Of a stretch of 64,000 bases of DNA, positions 38,332 to 48,437 are shown piece by piece (positions within the stretch are counted from its first letter, which is position 1; the number at the start of each line of letters is the position of its first letter). The DNA is taken from positions 152,098 to 216,097 of the forward strand of contig CAZELA010000003.1 of NCBI GenBank assembly GCA_964512835.1, read 5' to 3'. This stretch comes from an uncultured Candidatus Saccharibacteria bacterium. GTDB taxonomy: Bacteria > Patescibacteriota > Minisyncoccia > Phycocordibacterales > UBA2100. Made by a program: the position numbers and the translations under genes. Under the pieces are notes generated by a model that worked only from the letters and a program-made list of their open reading frames with translations, searched no databases and was not told where the DNA came from.

Positions 38332-38769
38332 TTAGGCAACGGCCTGGAACGCTTCGGTGAGGGCTCGGGCCAGCTCGGTAAACGTTTCTGTGGTCAGGCG
38401 CACGTCGTTGTTTTCTGAGCGGCGACCGAAGTGTCTGTCGGGGTACGATGCTCCACCAAACTGTGCGGGCGTCTCGTAGCGAGGCACGAGGTGCCAGTGC
38501 ACATGGGGCTTCGGCGGTTTTTCCTGATACGCGTTGTTCATGGCGCACGACCAGTTGAACATGGTCGTACCCAACGTCTTCCGGTATACCGCCTCGGTTG
38601 TACGAACAAGAGCCAGGAAATCAAGCATCTCCTCTTCGGTTACATCGGCCAGATCGCCGCACTCGCGCTTCAGAAGCACAACCGCACGGCCGAGGTACTC
38701 CTGTTTCGGATTGAGAACCATTTTCCAGGATGTCGTCTCGTATATGGGTGTTTTCTCGATAGGATCCAT
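38332..38769 (-). CDS. HIT-like nucleotide hydrolase
   Basis: HVHWHLVPRY histidine triad-like motif. Confidence 0.65.
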   Translation of the reverse strand: MDPIEKTPIYETTSWKMVLNPKQEYLGRAVVLLKRECGDLADVTEEEMLDFLALVRTTEAVYRKTLGTTMFNWSCAMNNAYQEKPPKPHVHWHLVPRYETPAQFGGASYPDRHFGRRSENNDVRLTTETFTELARALTEAFQAVA

Positions 38770-38870
38770 CCGATGAGTATATCGGAGGGAAGAGAACGGT
38801 GCATGGTTTGACCCGTAACAACGCGCATACTAGGCTGCCGAAAGAATGATCACCGACGGAGGGCTCTGAT

Positions 38871-39413
38871 ATGCCTGCTCGAATGCAATACCGCTGTTCC
38901 CTCGAAGACATGCGGCAGGAATACCTGCCACAACACGTTGCGTTCCTTCAAGATTCCGACGTTCGACGATACCTTCGCATACGATCTGAGGTCACGATTG
39001 AACAGCAGCGCGCATGGCTCGAACGGGTACAACGGTCCTCTTCCGACGTGCTGCACGCGATCATCGCGACAGACGACCGTAGTTTTATCGGAGTCGCACA
39101 ACTCAAGGATATCGATGTATTCGATCGGACCGCGAACGGTGGGCTGGTTATCGGCGACAAACAGCGATGGGGGAAGGGGTATGCGACGGAGGCCCGATCT
39201 CTCCAATTGCAATATGCGTTCGATCACCTGCGTCTCCGTTGGGTGTATGGCCGCACAGCCGCGTGCAATATCGGCGCTCAGCGATTGATGGTTGCAAACG
39301 GGTATCGCGAAATCGGACGACGACCGGAGTGCCGATTAATCGACGGGATCTTTTACGATGAATATCTCTACGCGGTTTCGCGTGAGTGGTGGCTCGCTGC
39401 GCTGGCGCAGTAG
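38871..39413 (+). CDS. GNAT family N-acetyltransferase
   Basis: GNAT acetyl-CoA binding region (RWGKGYATEA) and RimJ/RimL-like organisation. Confidence 0.75.
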   Translation: MPARMQYRCSLEDMRQEYLPQHVAFLQDSDVRRYLRIRSEVTIEQQRAWLERVQRSSSDVLHAIIATDDRSFIGVAQLKDIDVFDRTANGGLVIGDKQRWGKGYATEARSLQLQYAFDHLRLRWVYGRTAACNIGAQRLMVANGYREIGRRPECRLIDGIFYDEYLYAVSREWWLAALAQ

Positions 39414-39464
39414 TTTACAAAAAGAAAATGGCCCCCGGACATCCGGGGGCCATTACTGTTGTGT

Positions 39465-40253
39465 CTACGAGGGAACATCGACGCGCAATACCCATCCGTC
39501 GAGAGAAAACCCGCCCATTTTTTCTTGTACGAAAACAGTCAGGCGTTCAATGTTTTCAAATGAGCATGATTCCATGCATCGTGACGCAAGGTTCACGAAG
39601 TCGTTGTCGAGGAATCCTGGTACCCGGTATTTCTCACGGAACGAGGCGTCTGTCAGGAACGCATGCATGCGGATGGGTCGCAGTGTTTCAACACCCACAT
39701 ACTTCGCGTAATGGTTGATGATGTTCTGGAGTCCGCAATGATATGCGTACGGAAATGCGATCGGATTCTCCGCGGCGATGCGACGCAGATCTTCGATCTG
39801 GTCCCACATGTAGTATTTCGCCATCTCTGCGCTTGTCGTGTCCTGCGCGGGGAATGGCAGAGTCATATACATTCGAGACGTTTCCAGTACACGTGCGAAT
39901 TGCTTGCCGCGTTTGAACAACACGATACCTGTCGTGATCTTGCGCGCGCAGTGACGCAGACTCATGCGGTGCTGCTCCTCTTGAAGCCGCAGAATATAGC
40001 GCACGGGATCGGCGTTGTACTCGATAACAGTGGTTCCGTACACGCTGTCGCCGCGCTGGCGATATTCGACAGCGTCAGAGAAGATCACGTACAGGTCGAT
40101 GTCGGAATAGGCATCAGCGAGCTGAATTGACCAGCTTCCTGTCAGAAGAATCGCGACGACGTGCGGGTTCTTCTTCCACGTTTCGACGAACTGATCAATG
40201 TGCGACAACTCATCGCTCGAGAGACCGATGTTCGAGATGGTATGGCGTGGCAT
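39465..40253 (-). CDS. nucleotidyltransferase domain protein (possible aminoglycoside/antibiotic NTase type)
   Basis: GSxxxxxADxxSDIDLYV nucleotidyltransferase motif; start refined to MPRHT, which follows a GGAGG RBS. Confidence 0.55.
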   Translation of the reverse strand: MPRHTISNIGLSSDELSHIDQFVETWKKNPHVVAILLTGSWSIQLADAYSDIDLYVIFSDAVEYRQRGDSVYGTTVIEYNADPVRYILRLQEEQHRMSLRHCARKITTGIVLFKRGKQFARVLETSRMYMTLPFPAQDTTSAEMAKYYMWDQIEDLRRIAAENPIAFPYAYHCGLQNIINHYAKYVGVETLRPIRMHAFLTDASFREKYRVPGFLDNDFVNLASRCMESCSFENIERLTVFVQEKMGGFSLDGWVLRVDVPS

Positions 40254-40353
40254 GTGAGCCTCCATTGGGTGCGGTTCAGTTAGACTGCGGACGTCATATC
40301 ATGGTGAAAGCGGGGTGTATAGCAGCGCTTCCTATTTGCTATAGTGCCTCGAT

Positions 40354-40974
40354 ATGGAGGTTGTAGACATCATCTTTGTCATCGTGGTGATCATCTTCTC
40401 GCTCGTCATTCACGAGCTTATGCACGGGGTTGCGGCCGACTGGCTCGGCGACCACACCGCCCGCTACGAAGGGCGCCTGACCCTCAACCCGATCAAGCAC
40501 ATGGATCTCTTGGGATCGGTCATTGTGCCTATTCTTACCGCATTTGCGGGCTCGTTTTTCGGATGGGCAAAGCCCGTGCCCTACAATCCGTATAATTTCC
40601 GAAAGCACCTTCGCTGGGCAGAGGCCATCGTGTCGTTTGCCGGTCCGCTCTCGAACCTCGTCATCGCGCTCGTTGGTGGGTTTGCTATCCGTGCGGGGGT
40701 GAACGAGGCGCTGTTTCCCCTCGTGTTTTATGTGGTGGCCATCAATACATCCCTGTTTCTATTGAACATGCTCCCTATCCCGCCCCTCGACGGCTCGAAG
40801 GTGCTCTCCTCCATATTGCCGAGGCCGCTTTCGTATCGGTACGACATGTTCCGGGCAGTTATTGAGCAGAATGCCATGGTCGGGTTCGTGCTTATTTTCG
40901 TGTTCATCAACATATTTAGCGGTGTATACAGCTCTGTTGTCATATCGCTCGCGAGCGCGATTGCGGGGCTATAG
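40354..40974 (+). CDS. site-2 protease (peptidase M50) family zinc metalloprotease
   Basis: HELMH zinc motif within a TM helix and a polytopic membrane topology. Confidence 0.65.
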   Translation: MEVVDIIFVIVVIIFSLVIHELMHGVAADWLGDHTARYEGRLTLNPIKHMDLLGSVIVPILTAFAGSFFGWAKPVPYNPYNFRKHLRWAEAIVSFAGPLSNLVIALVGGFAIRAGVNEALFPLVFYVVAINTSLFLLNMLPIPPLDGSKVLSSILPRPLSYRYDMFRAVIEQNAMVGFVLIFVFINIFSGVYSSVVISLASAIAGL

Positions 40975-41056
40975 GGCGCGGATACCGCCTCTCTTGCATC
41001 GCACAGGGATACATAGTAGTATCCGAGCACTTCCCCGCAGGGGATTTAATTTTGCA

Positions 41057-41473
41057 ATGGCTACAATCAATCAGCTCACGCGCAAAGGCCGAAGCCCTCG
41101 CGTCTACAAGACTAAGACCGGTGCGCTTGCACGCGGTTTTAACACGCTGAAAAACCGCCCTTCGATCTACCCTGCACCCTTCAAGCGCGGCGTCTGCACT
41201 CGCGTCACGACGAAGACCCCTCGTAAGCCGAACTCCGCTATCCGAAAGATCGCCCGTGTCCGCCTTTCAAACGGCATGGAAATCACTGCGTACATCCCGG
41301 GAGAGGGACACAACCTCCAGGAACACTCAGTCGTCCTCGTACGAGGCGGTCGTGTGAAGGACATCGGTATCCGATACACCATCGTTCGCGGTAAGCTCGA
41401 TGCGACCGGCGTAGACAAGCGCCGCCGCGGTCGATCACGATACGGTGCTAAGCGCCCGAAGGCAGCTAAATAA
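41057..41473 (+). CDS. rpsL: 30S ribosomal protein S12
   Basis: [12 protein letters not shown] ... PNSAIRK ... [10 protein letters not shown]. Confidence 0.95.
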   Translation: MATINQLTRKGRSPRVYKTKTGALARGFNTLKNRPSIYPAPFKRGVCTRVTTKTPRKPNSAIRKIARVRLSNGMEITAYIPGEGHNLQEHSVVLVRGGRVKDIGIRYTIVRGKLDATGVDKRRRGRSRYGAKRPKAAK

Positions 41474-41478
41474 ATCCT

Positions 41479-41940
41479 ATGCGACGACCTGTAAAAAATC
41501 GAAAACAGCCGGCTCCGGATGAAGTCTACGGATCTCTCAAGGTAGCCAAGCTCATCAACTACGTGATGGAGCGCGGAAAGAAGGACACTGCCCGCAAGAT
41601 CGTCTACAAGATGATGGACGAGCTCAAGAAGGACGGTGATCCGTTGGTCATCCTCGAAGAAGCGCTCGAAAACGCAGCTCCGACGGTAGAAGTGCGCTCC
41701 CGACGAGTCGGCGGTGCAAACTACCAGGTTCCGCGCGAAGTCCGACCGGAACGACGCCTCTCGCTCGGCCTCCGCTGGATCGTAGAAGCAGCAGAAGGAA
41801 CCAAGGGTAAGCCGATGAACGTTTCGCTCTTGAACGAAGTTCGTGCAGCTCACAAGGGTGAGGGCTCGGCAGTCACCAAGAAGGAAACGACTCACCGCAT
41901 GGCAGAAGCCAACAAGGCATTCGCGCACTTCGCGTGGTAG
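41479..41940 (+). CDS. rpsG: 30S ribosomal protein S7
   Basis: S7 family sequence immediately downstream of rpsL. Confidence 0.95.
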   Translation: MRRPVKNRKQPAPDEVYGSLKVAKLINYVMERGKKDTARKIVYKMMDELKKDGDPLVILEEALENAAPTVEVRSRRVGGANYQVPREVRPERRLSLGLRWIVEAAEGTKGKPMNVSLLNEVRAAHKGEGSAVTKKETTHRMAEANKAFAHFAW

Positions 41941-42118
41941 TTTGCTCAGACACCACATCTCCTCGAGTACGAAATCCCCCTACTGGGGGATTTCTCCATT
42001 TTCGCGCCGTCGCGCTCAAAAGCCTCGATGAGATGTAGTGTCGCTCGCTTTTGCTGGCATATCCGTCATAGGTTGATATGTTGCAGATGGAAACAAAGAG
42101 AGAGAAAGGAGCCGCGTC

Positions 42119-42556
42119 ATGACCGCATGGCGATATGTACTGTTCGTGCTGTACCACAAGTATTTGGTGTTCAAGTTCGGCCTCCGGGTCGGTGGGATTC
42201 CACTGTGGCAATTGCTGATTCACGACCTGTCGAAGTTCGGCCCAAACGAGTTCGGTCCGTACCGGATGCGCAGCGTGACCGGTAAGGACACGCCTGCATA
42301 CCAGGCAGCATGGAAACATCATTGGAGCATCAATCCGCATCACTGGGAGTACTGGGTTCGCGACGGTGTAGCCACTCCGATGCCCGAAGTCTATGTGCGA
42401 GAAATGCTTGCCGACTGGCACGCAGCGAATCGCACCTACGACACCGAGCCGCTCCAGATCTGGCTCGACCGGAAATGGGGTCGTATGAATCTGCATGTGC
42501 AAACGGTCGAGATTTTGCGACCGCTTGCATGGAAAATGGGCCTCATCGTTCCGTGA
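42119..42556 (+). CDS. hypothetical protein
   Basis: AAGGAG RBS upstream; 145 aa with conserved-looking His/Trp-rich segments. Confidence 0.5.
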   Translation: MTAWRYVLFVLYHKYLVFKFGLRVGGIPLWQLLIHDLSKFGPNEFGPYRMRSVTGKDTPAYQAAWKHHWSINPHHWEYWVRDGVATPMPEVYVREMLADWHAANRTYDTEPLQIWLDRKWGRMNLHVQTVEILRPLAWKMGLIVP

Positions 42557-42698
42557 CCGCGTGGTCACTACCGCCTGTCTATGCAGGCGGTTTTTGTCAG
42601 GTTTTGAGCGCTGATTCGACCACGTCGCTCTGTTGCGTCAAAGGTAAATGTGTGTCATTATATTGGCAGGAGATTTCCAAAGAAAGGAGGTGATAACA

Positions 42699-42938
42699 AT
42701 GGAATTTCTCATTCTGATGGTGCCCATCGCACTGTTCTGCGGCTTCCTGGCTCTTGTGTTGTCATCGGACAACAGCGAAGAGCGTAAGCGGAAGCGGTAC
42801 GAACGGTCGAAGGAGGGATCATCGGGCGGCTCTGATGGGGGACCATACTGGTTCTCTGGCGGAGATAGTAGTTCCAGCTCAGGCGACTCATGTTCTTCCG
42901 GTGACGGAGGCGGAGGCGGCTGCGGCGGGGGCGACTAA
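42699..42938 (+). CDS. small membrane protein with Gly/Ser/Cys-rich tail
   Basis: GGAGG RBS 7 nt upstream of ATG; one TM helix, then SGGSDGG...GDGGGGGCGGGD; terminator at 42942-42975. Confidence 0.45.
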   Translation: MEFLILMVPIALFCGFLALVLSSDNSEERKRKRYERSKEGSSGGSDGGPYWFSGGDSSSSSGDSCSSGDGGGGGCGGGD

Positions 42939-43120
42939 ATAAAGCGGATCGGCTTATGAGCCGATTTTTTTAATTCTGGCTTCACTTATGGAGCGGTAGG
43001 CTTCGCTGCTTATCGATAGCTATTTTTGATATGAAAGGAATCGTTCTGTGGATTCTTGGTGTACCGCTCAGTCTCATCGTCATTTTGTACTTGCTGCACA
43101 TCCTCTAGTAGGATTGCCGC

Positions 43121-43786
43121 ATGAACGACGTGCGGATCGGCGGCGGATGGAAGGAAAAGCTGTCTCACGAATTCACGCTCGACTACTTCAAGAACCTCTC
43201 TTCGTTTGTGCGCGATGAGTATGCAAAGGGAACAGTATTTCCCAATCCGAAGCACATCTTCCGCGCATTCGATGAAACACCGTTCGATATGGTGAAGGTG
43301 GTGGTACTCGGACAAGATCCGTATCACGGTCCCGGACAGGCCAATGGACTGTGTTTTGCGGTGAATCAGGGTGTGCAAACACCGCCGTCGCTGCAGAACA
43401 TTTTTAAAGAATTAGAGAGCGATCTCGGTCACGCGGTGAATCGTGATGCCGACCTCGGGCGCTGGGCGCGGCAGGGAGTGCTCTTGTTGAACGCGGTGCT
43501 CACCGTACGAGCAGCGAGTGCCGCATCGCACCAAGGCAAAGGCTGGGAGGAATTCACGGATGCAGCGATCAAAAAACTCAACGATGAGCGCGAGGGCATC
43601 GTATTCATTTTGTGGGGAAATTATGCAAAGAAAAAAGGCGCGCACATTGATCGTGCGAAACACTGCGTGATCGAGAGTGCGCACCCGTCGCCGCTTTCCG
43701 CGCACAACGGATTCTTCGGTTCGAAACCGTTTTCAAAAGCGAACGCATATCTTATTGCGCGAGGTGGGACGCCGATTGACTGGTAG
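43121..43786 (+). CDS. ung: uracil-DNA glycosylase (family 1)
   Basis: GQDPYH and HPSPLS motifs. Confidence 0.9.
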   Translation: MNDVRIGGGWKEKLSHEFTLDYFKNLSSFVRDEYAKGTVFPNPKHIFRAFDETPFDMVKVVVLGQDPYHGPGQANGLCFAVNQGVQTPPSLQNIFKELESDLGHAVNRDADLGRWARQGVLLLNAVLTVRAASAASHQGKGWEEFTDAAIKKLNDEREGIVFILWGNYAKKKGAHIDRAKHCVIESAHPSPLSAHNGFFGSKPFSKANAYLIARGGTPIDW

Positions 43787-43843
43787 CTCAAAGAAAAAGG
43801 CCGCGCATTTTGCGCGGCCCGAGTTCCCACGCGACCGATCCCG

Positions 43844-44338
43844 TTAGGGGCAATCGCGGAAGAGTAGTTTGGAAGTTCCGAATGTCTTTTCGTAGAGGGT
43901 GAAGTTGTTCTTCACTGCCTCGTTGTATCGACCCGTCTGCTGCGAGACCTGTGTCCATGCCGGCGAGGCACGGATCGTGCGGTCGTCGACCGTTTTCGAG
44001 ATCGCACACTGGATCTCGACGAAGCGGTCGAACTGTTTTCGCGACGAGGCGAACGGTTCGGCAAGCGCAAAGTCACTCCTGAGCGAGTCGCCGATCTTGC
44101 GTGCTTCGGCGGCCAGGTCGCGGATGTTCTTCGCGGTCGTCGCGTCCTTGCGGACGTTCTCGAAGTAGTGGGTGACGGCCATATTGCGACCCTCGTACGC
44201 CCTGATTGCGTCGAGTGCGCGCGAGTATGCAAGTGCATCGGCCGGTTTCCCGAGCGAGAACACGCCGACGAAGAATGCCGTAGCGATCACGGCGATGCCT
44301 GCTGCCAAGGCAACAAACAGCTTCTTTTTGAAGGTCAT
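43844..44338 (-). CDS. hypothetical secreted/membrane-anchored protein
   Basis: AAGGAG RBS, N-terminal signal/TM segment; start refined to MTFKKK. Confidence 0.45.
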   Translation of the reverse strand: MTFKKKLFVALAAGIAVIATAFFVGVFSLGKPADALAYSRALDAIRAYEGRNMAVTHYFENVRKDATTAKNIRDLAAEARKIGDSLRSDFALAEPFASSRKQFDRFVEIQCAISKTVDDRTIRASPAWTQVSQQTGRYNEAVKNNFTLYEKTFGTSKLLFRDCP

Positions 44339-44490
44339 GGGGGAACTCCTTCTTGTTGACCGGGTATATTGTACAATAATTAAGTGAAGAGTCAAACTCG
44401 GTTTACGCACCCGTTCGGTGGCATTTTTTCGGGCCAGGCGTACCGTTATAGAGGGAATGAGCATTCGCTCACTCCACAGGGGAGGTTCTC

Positions 44491-44646
44491 ATGGTGAGGA
44501 TCAAAGACGAGTCGGGCTTCGCAACGAATGTCATATTGAGTTTGTTTGCGCTCGCGGTTGTGGCCGTCATGGGTCACGCACTGCTCTATGCAGGCGCGCA
44601 CAATATGAACATCGTTCCGACGGCACTCGCCTCGGCCGCGCGCTAG
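44491..44646 (+). CDS. small membrane peptide (51 aa)
   Basis: GGGGAGG RBS, one TM helix, followed by a terminator hairpin at 44670-44700. Confidence 0.35.
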   Translation: MVRIKDESGFATNVILSLFALAVVAVMGHALLYAGAHNMNIVPTALASAAR

Positions 44647-44780
44647 TGTCGCGCGTCCACGCACGAAAGACTGCAGCTCGCTGCAGTCTTTTGCTTGTGC
44701 TGGCGCAATTCGGTGCGCAGTGTATCGTTTTTAACGGTAGAGGTGTCTCTGCCGACACATACATAACGAGGGAGTTTGAA

Positions 44781-44927
44781 ATGCTCAACTGGATCAGCGA
44801 GAACAAGCTGTTCGCGGCCGTCATCGCCATTGTGGTCGTCGTCGGCGTCTGGATGCTGGTGTCGCGCAACAAGCCGGCGGTCAAGAAGACCCATGTCCCG
44901 GCTATCGAGCGCGTCATCACCGTCTGA
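44781..44927 (+). CDS. small membrane peptide (48 aa)
   Basis: GAGGGAG RBS, TM helix AAVIAIVVVVGVWMLV. Confidence 0.35.
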   Translation: MLNWISENKLFAAVIAIVVVVGVWMLVSRNKPAVKKTHVPAIERVITV

Positions 44928-44952
44928 GCCGGCGTTCCCGAGGAGGGATCCG

Positions 44953-45057
44953 ATGAGTACTCACCAGAAGCCATTCGTGCTGCTGAATTGGCACGGGTGG
45001 GCGATATTCGTGATCGTTGTCGGCGGCACGTTCGCGTACAAGTGGCTGACAAAGTAG
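44953..45057 (+). CDS. small membrane peptide (34 aa)
   Basis: AGGAGGG RBS, TM helix WAIFVIVVGGTFAY; terminator at 45063-45100. Confidence 0.35.
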   Translation: MSTHQKPFVLLNWHGWAIFVIVVGGTFAYKWLTK

Positions 45058-45200
45058 TCAGAAAGGGGACCGCGGTCAGAGCGCGGTCCTTTTCTATATA
45101 TTGAAAGCGGCATCCTTTGCTTTTTGGGGTGAATTCGCCTATATTACGGGAACTTGGCTCCGCCACCGGCGGATTCTTTTTTAGAAAAATTACTTGTTAT

Positions 45201-47342
45201 ATGTCACGAGATTACCCATTGGAAAAAGTTCGAAACTTCGGAATCGTCGCACACGTCGATGCGGGCAAAACGACCACATCCGAGCGCATCCTCTACTACA
45301 CCGGGGAGAGCCACAAGATCGGCGAAGTGCACGACGGCAACACGGTTACCGACTGGATGGAACAGGAGCGAGAACGCGGCATCACGATCACCGCGGCGGC
45401 GATCACCTGCTTCTGGAACCCGTCGTACATGGGAACCGATCTCTCGCAGAAAGTTCGGTTCAACGTCATCGACACGCCGGGACACATCGACTTCACCTCT
45501 GAAGTAAAGCGATCCATGCGCGTACTCGACGGTGCCGTCGTCGTTTTCGACGGCGTTGCAGGCGTTGAGCCGCAGTCGGAAACCAACTGGCGTTACGCAG
45601 AAGAGGCCGAGGTGCCCCGTATCTGCTACATCAACAAGCTCGACCGAACCGGTGCGTCGTTTGAAAAGTCATACGCGTCCATCCTCGATCGTCTCTCCAC
45701 CAAAGCAGTCCGTCTCCAGATTCCGGTCGGAGCAGAAGCCGACTTCGAAGCCGTCATCGATGTGCTCGAAATGAAAATGTTCAAGTTCGAAGGCGAAATG
45801 GGTAAGAATGTTTCCGCTCACGAGATCCCGGAGGCGTACATGGCAGATGCCAAGAAGTACCACGACGAGATCGTTGAGCGCATCGTCGAGACCGACGACG
45901 TGCTCATGAACGACTTCCTCGAGGGCAAGGTGCCGGAGCTCTCTGTTTTGAAGGCAACGCTTCGCAAGGCGGTGATCGCCAACAAGATCTTCCCGGTGCT
46001 CACCGGCTCGTCACTCAAGAACAAGGGTGTGCAGCGCGTGCTCGATGCGGTCGTCGACTACCTCCCGTCTCCGCTCGATCTTCCGCAGGCTCAGGGAACC
46101 AATCCTGACACCGGCGCCGAAGAAACCCGTCCTGCTGACGACAGCGCACCGTTTGCTGCGCTTGTCTTCAAGCTTCAGACCGACCCGTTCGTGGGTAACC
46201 TCGCGTTCTTCCGTGTTTACTCGGGTTCGATCTCTGCCGGTGACACTGTCTACAATTCCGCAAACAACAAGAAAGAGCGCTTGGGCCGCATCGTGCGCCT
46301 CCAGGCAGACAAGCGCGAAGAAGTAAAAACCGTCTTCGCCGGCGAAATCGCCGCGGCCGTCGGTCTCAAGGAGATTAAGATCGGTAACACGCTCTGCACC
46401 TCGGACAACCCGATCATTCTCGAATCGATCGTGTTCCCGGAACCGGTCGTATCGATGCGAATCGAACCGGACACTAAGGCAGACCAGGAAAAGATGGGTA
46501 TCGCGCTCTCGAAGCTCTCCGACGAAGACCCGACCTTCCGCGTGAAGTCGGACCCGGAGACGATGGAAACAATCATCTCGGGCATGGGCGAATTGCACCT
46601 CGACATCATCGTCGATCGTATGAAGCGCGAATTTGCAGTAAACGCAAAGACCGGCAAGCCGCAGGTCGCGTACCGCGAAACGATCCAGGGAACATCGGAC
46701 GTGGAATACAAGCACATCAAGCAGACGGGCGGCCGCGGTCAGTACGGTCACGTAAAGATCAAAATGGCGCCGCTTGCTCCGCTCGAAGAGGGTGCAAAGA
46801 TCAAGAACAATGTCGATCGCGAAGACCACTTCGAATTCATCAACAACATCAAGGGAGGTGTTATTCCGCAGGAATACATTCCGGCTGTGAAGAAGGGTCT
46901 CAAAGAAGGCCTGGATCGCGGCGTGCTCGCGGGCTTCCCGGTTGTCGATGTGTCAGTCGACCTCTACGACGGCAGCTACCACGATGTCGACTCATCCGAA
47001 ATCGCGTTCAAGCTCGCAGCGCTCAACGCATTCCAGGAGGCGTGCCAGAAGGCAAAGCCGGTCATCCTCGAGCCGATCATGAAGCTCGAAGTCGTTGTCC
47101 CGGAAAAGTTCATGGGCGACGTAACCGGTATGATCAACTCGAAGCGCGGTTCCATCGAAGCGATGGGCGAGCGCGGTCAGGCGAAGGTCATCACCTCGAA
47201 AGTGCCTCTCTCGGAACTCTTCGGATTCACGACGCAGCTTCGCTCCCTTACGGAAGGCCGCGGTGTGCCGAACCTCGAGTTCTCGCACTACTCCGTCGTG
47301 CCGCGAAATGTGCAGGACGAGATCATCGCATCCCGAAAGTAA
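45201..47342 (+). CDS. fusA: elongation factor G
   Basis: GTPase G1 AHVDAGKTT and full EF-G domain organisation; start refined to MSRDYP. Confidence 0.95.
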   Translation: MSRDYPLEKVRNFGIVAHVDAGKTTTSERILYYTGESHKIGEVHDGNTVTDWMEQERERGITITAAAITCFWNPSYMGTDLSQKVRFNVIDTPGHIDFTSEVKRSMRVLDGAVVVFDGVAGVEPQSETNWRYAEEAEVPRICYINKLDRTGASFEKSYASILDRLSTKAVRLQIPVGAEADFEAVIDVLEMKMFKFEGEMGKNVSAHEIPEAYMADAKKYHDEIVERIVETDDVLMNDFLEGKVPELSVLKATLRKAVIANKIFPVLTGSSLKNKGVQRVLDAVVDYLPSPLDLPQAQGTNPDTGAEETRPADDSAPFAALVFKLQTDPFVGNLAFFRVYSGSISAGDTVYNSANNKKERLGRIVRLQADKREEVKTVFAGEIAAAVGLKEIKIGNTLCTSDNPIILESIVFPEPVVSMRIEPDTKADQEKMGIALSKLSDEDPTFRVKSDPETMETIISGMGELHLDIIVDRMKREFAVNAKTGKPQVAYRETIQGTSDVEYKHIKQTGGRGQYGHVKIKMAPLAPLEEGAKIKNNVDREDHFEFINNIKGGVIPQEYIPAVKKGLKEGLDRGVLAGFPVVDVSVDLYDGSYHDVDSSEIAFKLAALNAFQEACQKAKPVILEPIMKLEVVVPEKFMGDVTGMINSKRGSIEAMGERGQAKVITSKVPLSELFGFTTQLRSLTEGRGVPNLEFSHYSVVPRNVQDEIIASRK

Positions 47343-47415
47343 TTTCAAGGGATTCTTTACACAAAACCCCGCGCATGCGGGGTTTTGTCGTGTATGGGTG
47401 TGCGACAATATTCCC

Positions 47416-48318
47416 ATGAACCCAAAAACGCGTATTGCCGCCCTTGTTTGTGCGATTATCGCGCTCGCGGCCCCGCTCTCGGCTGCCGCATCGACATGTC
47501 CCGCGCTCTATCGATCGCTGTCGCGTAATGCCGAAGGGAGCGATGTGCGCGAACTCCAGCAGTTCCTGGCAGACTGGGGAGTGCTTGAGCGCGCCTTTGT
47601 GATCGGCATATTCGGACTCAAGACCGAGCGAGCCGTCCAGGCATTTCAGGTACAACAGGGCATCGTGAGCGTGGGAACTCCGGCGACGACCGGCTTTGGT
47701 GGGGTCGGGGGCAAGACTCGCGCCCGTATCGCGGCAGTCTGCGCAGCGGGTCCGTCGCAAAACGGGGGAAATAGTCAGCAAACAAGCCGTCCGTCGAGTG
47801 TAAATATCGTTATTCCGACAGGGACGATGCCGGTGCAGACCGGCCCGATCGTAACGGCCAAAACGGCGAAAGCACCCACGATCGAACTCGGGACCGTCGC
47901 CGTCGATAAGGTTATGGTCAATTTCTACGGGATTCCGCCGCTGAGCATTATGTTCATGATTGACCCGGTGACCGGAAAGCGAGTCGAAATGGGAGGCTAC
48001 AGTCCGCTGGATATCGGAGGCAGCGGCTACGTTACGTACCCGATGCTCGGTGAATTTGCGGGAAATACCTATGCGTTTGTCATACAAGCCAGTTCAACTA
48101 AGCAGAGCTGGGCCACATCGACATCATTTACCGTACCAAAGCCGACCGCTCAGGACGAGGTCGGCGTGTTTACGCTCTACGACGGACAGGTTTTGATCTA
48201 CTCAACCACAAACGTAACCAAAAGCAGCGCGACAGCTCGATGCAAGTCCGAAAAGTCTTCGTACCCCGCACGTAACACACAGTGCACGTTCAACGGCTAC
48301 ACGATATTCGTGCAGTAG
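47416..48318 (+). CDS. secreted protein with peptidoglycan-binding-like domain
   Basis: Signal peptide then a PG_binding_1-like segment (GSDVRELQQFLADWG...GLKTERAVQAFQ). Confidence 0.55.
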   Translation: MNPKTRIAALVCAIIALAAPLSAAASTCPALYRSLSRNAEGSDVRELQQFLADWGVLERAFVIGIFGLKTERAVQAFQVQQGIVSVGTPATTGFGGVGGKTRARIAAVCAAGPSQNGGNSQQTSRPSSVNIVIPTGTMPVQTGPIVTAKTAKAPTIELGTVAVDKVMVNFYGIPPLSIMFMIDPVTGKRVEMGGYSPLDIGGSGYVTYPMLGEFAGNTYAFVIQASSTKQSWATSTSFTVPKPTAQDEVGVFTLYDGQVLIYSTTNVTKSSATARCKSEKSSYPARNTQCTFNGYTIFVQ

Positions 48319-48437
48319 AGTTATCCACATCAATCGGTCGCGGGCACGTTGCATAGCGATTGTTCGTGCAATACTACGCATACCACTTTCTCTCTAGTGG
48401 TGCGGTTTTCCTTTTATAGGGTAAGCACATTAGAGAG

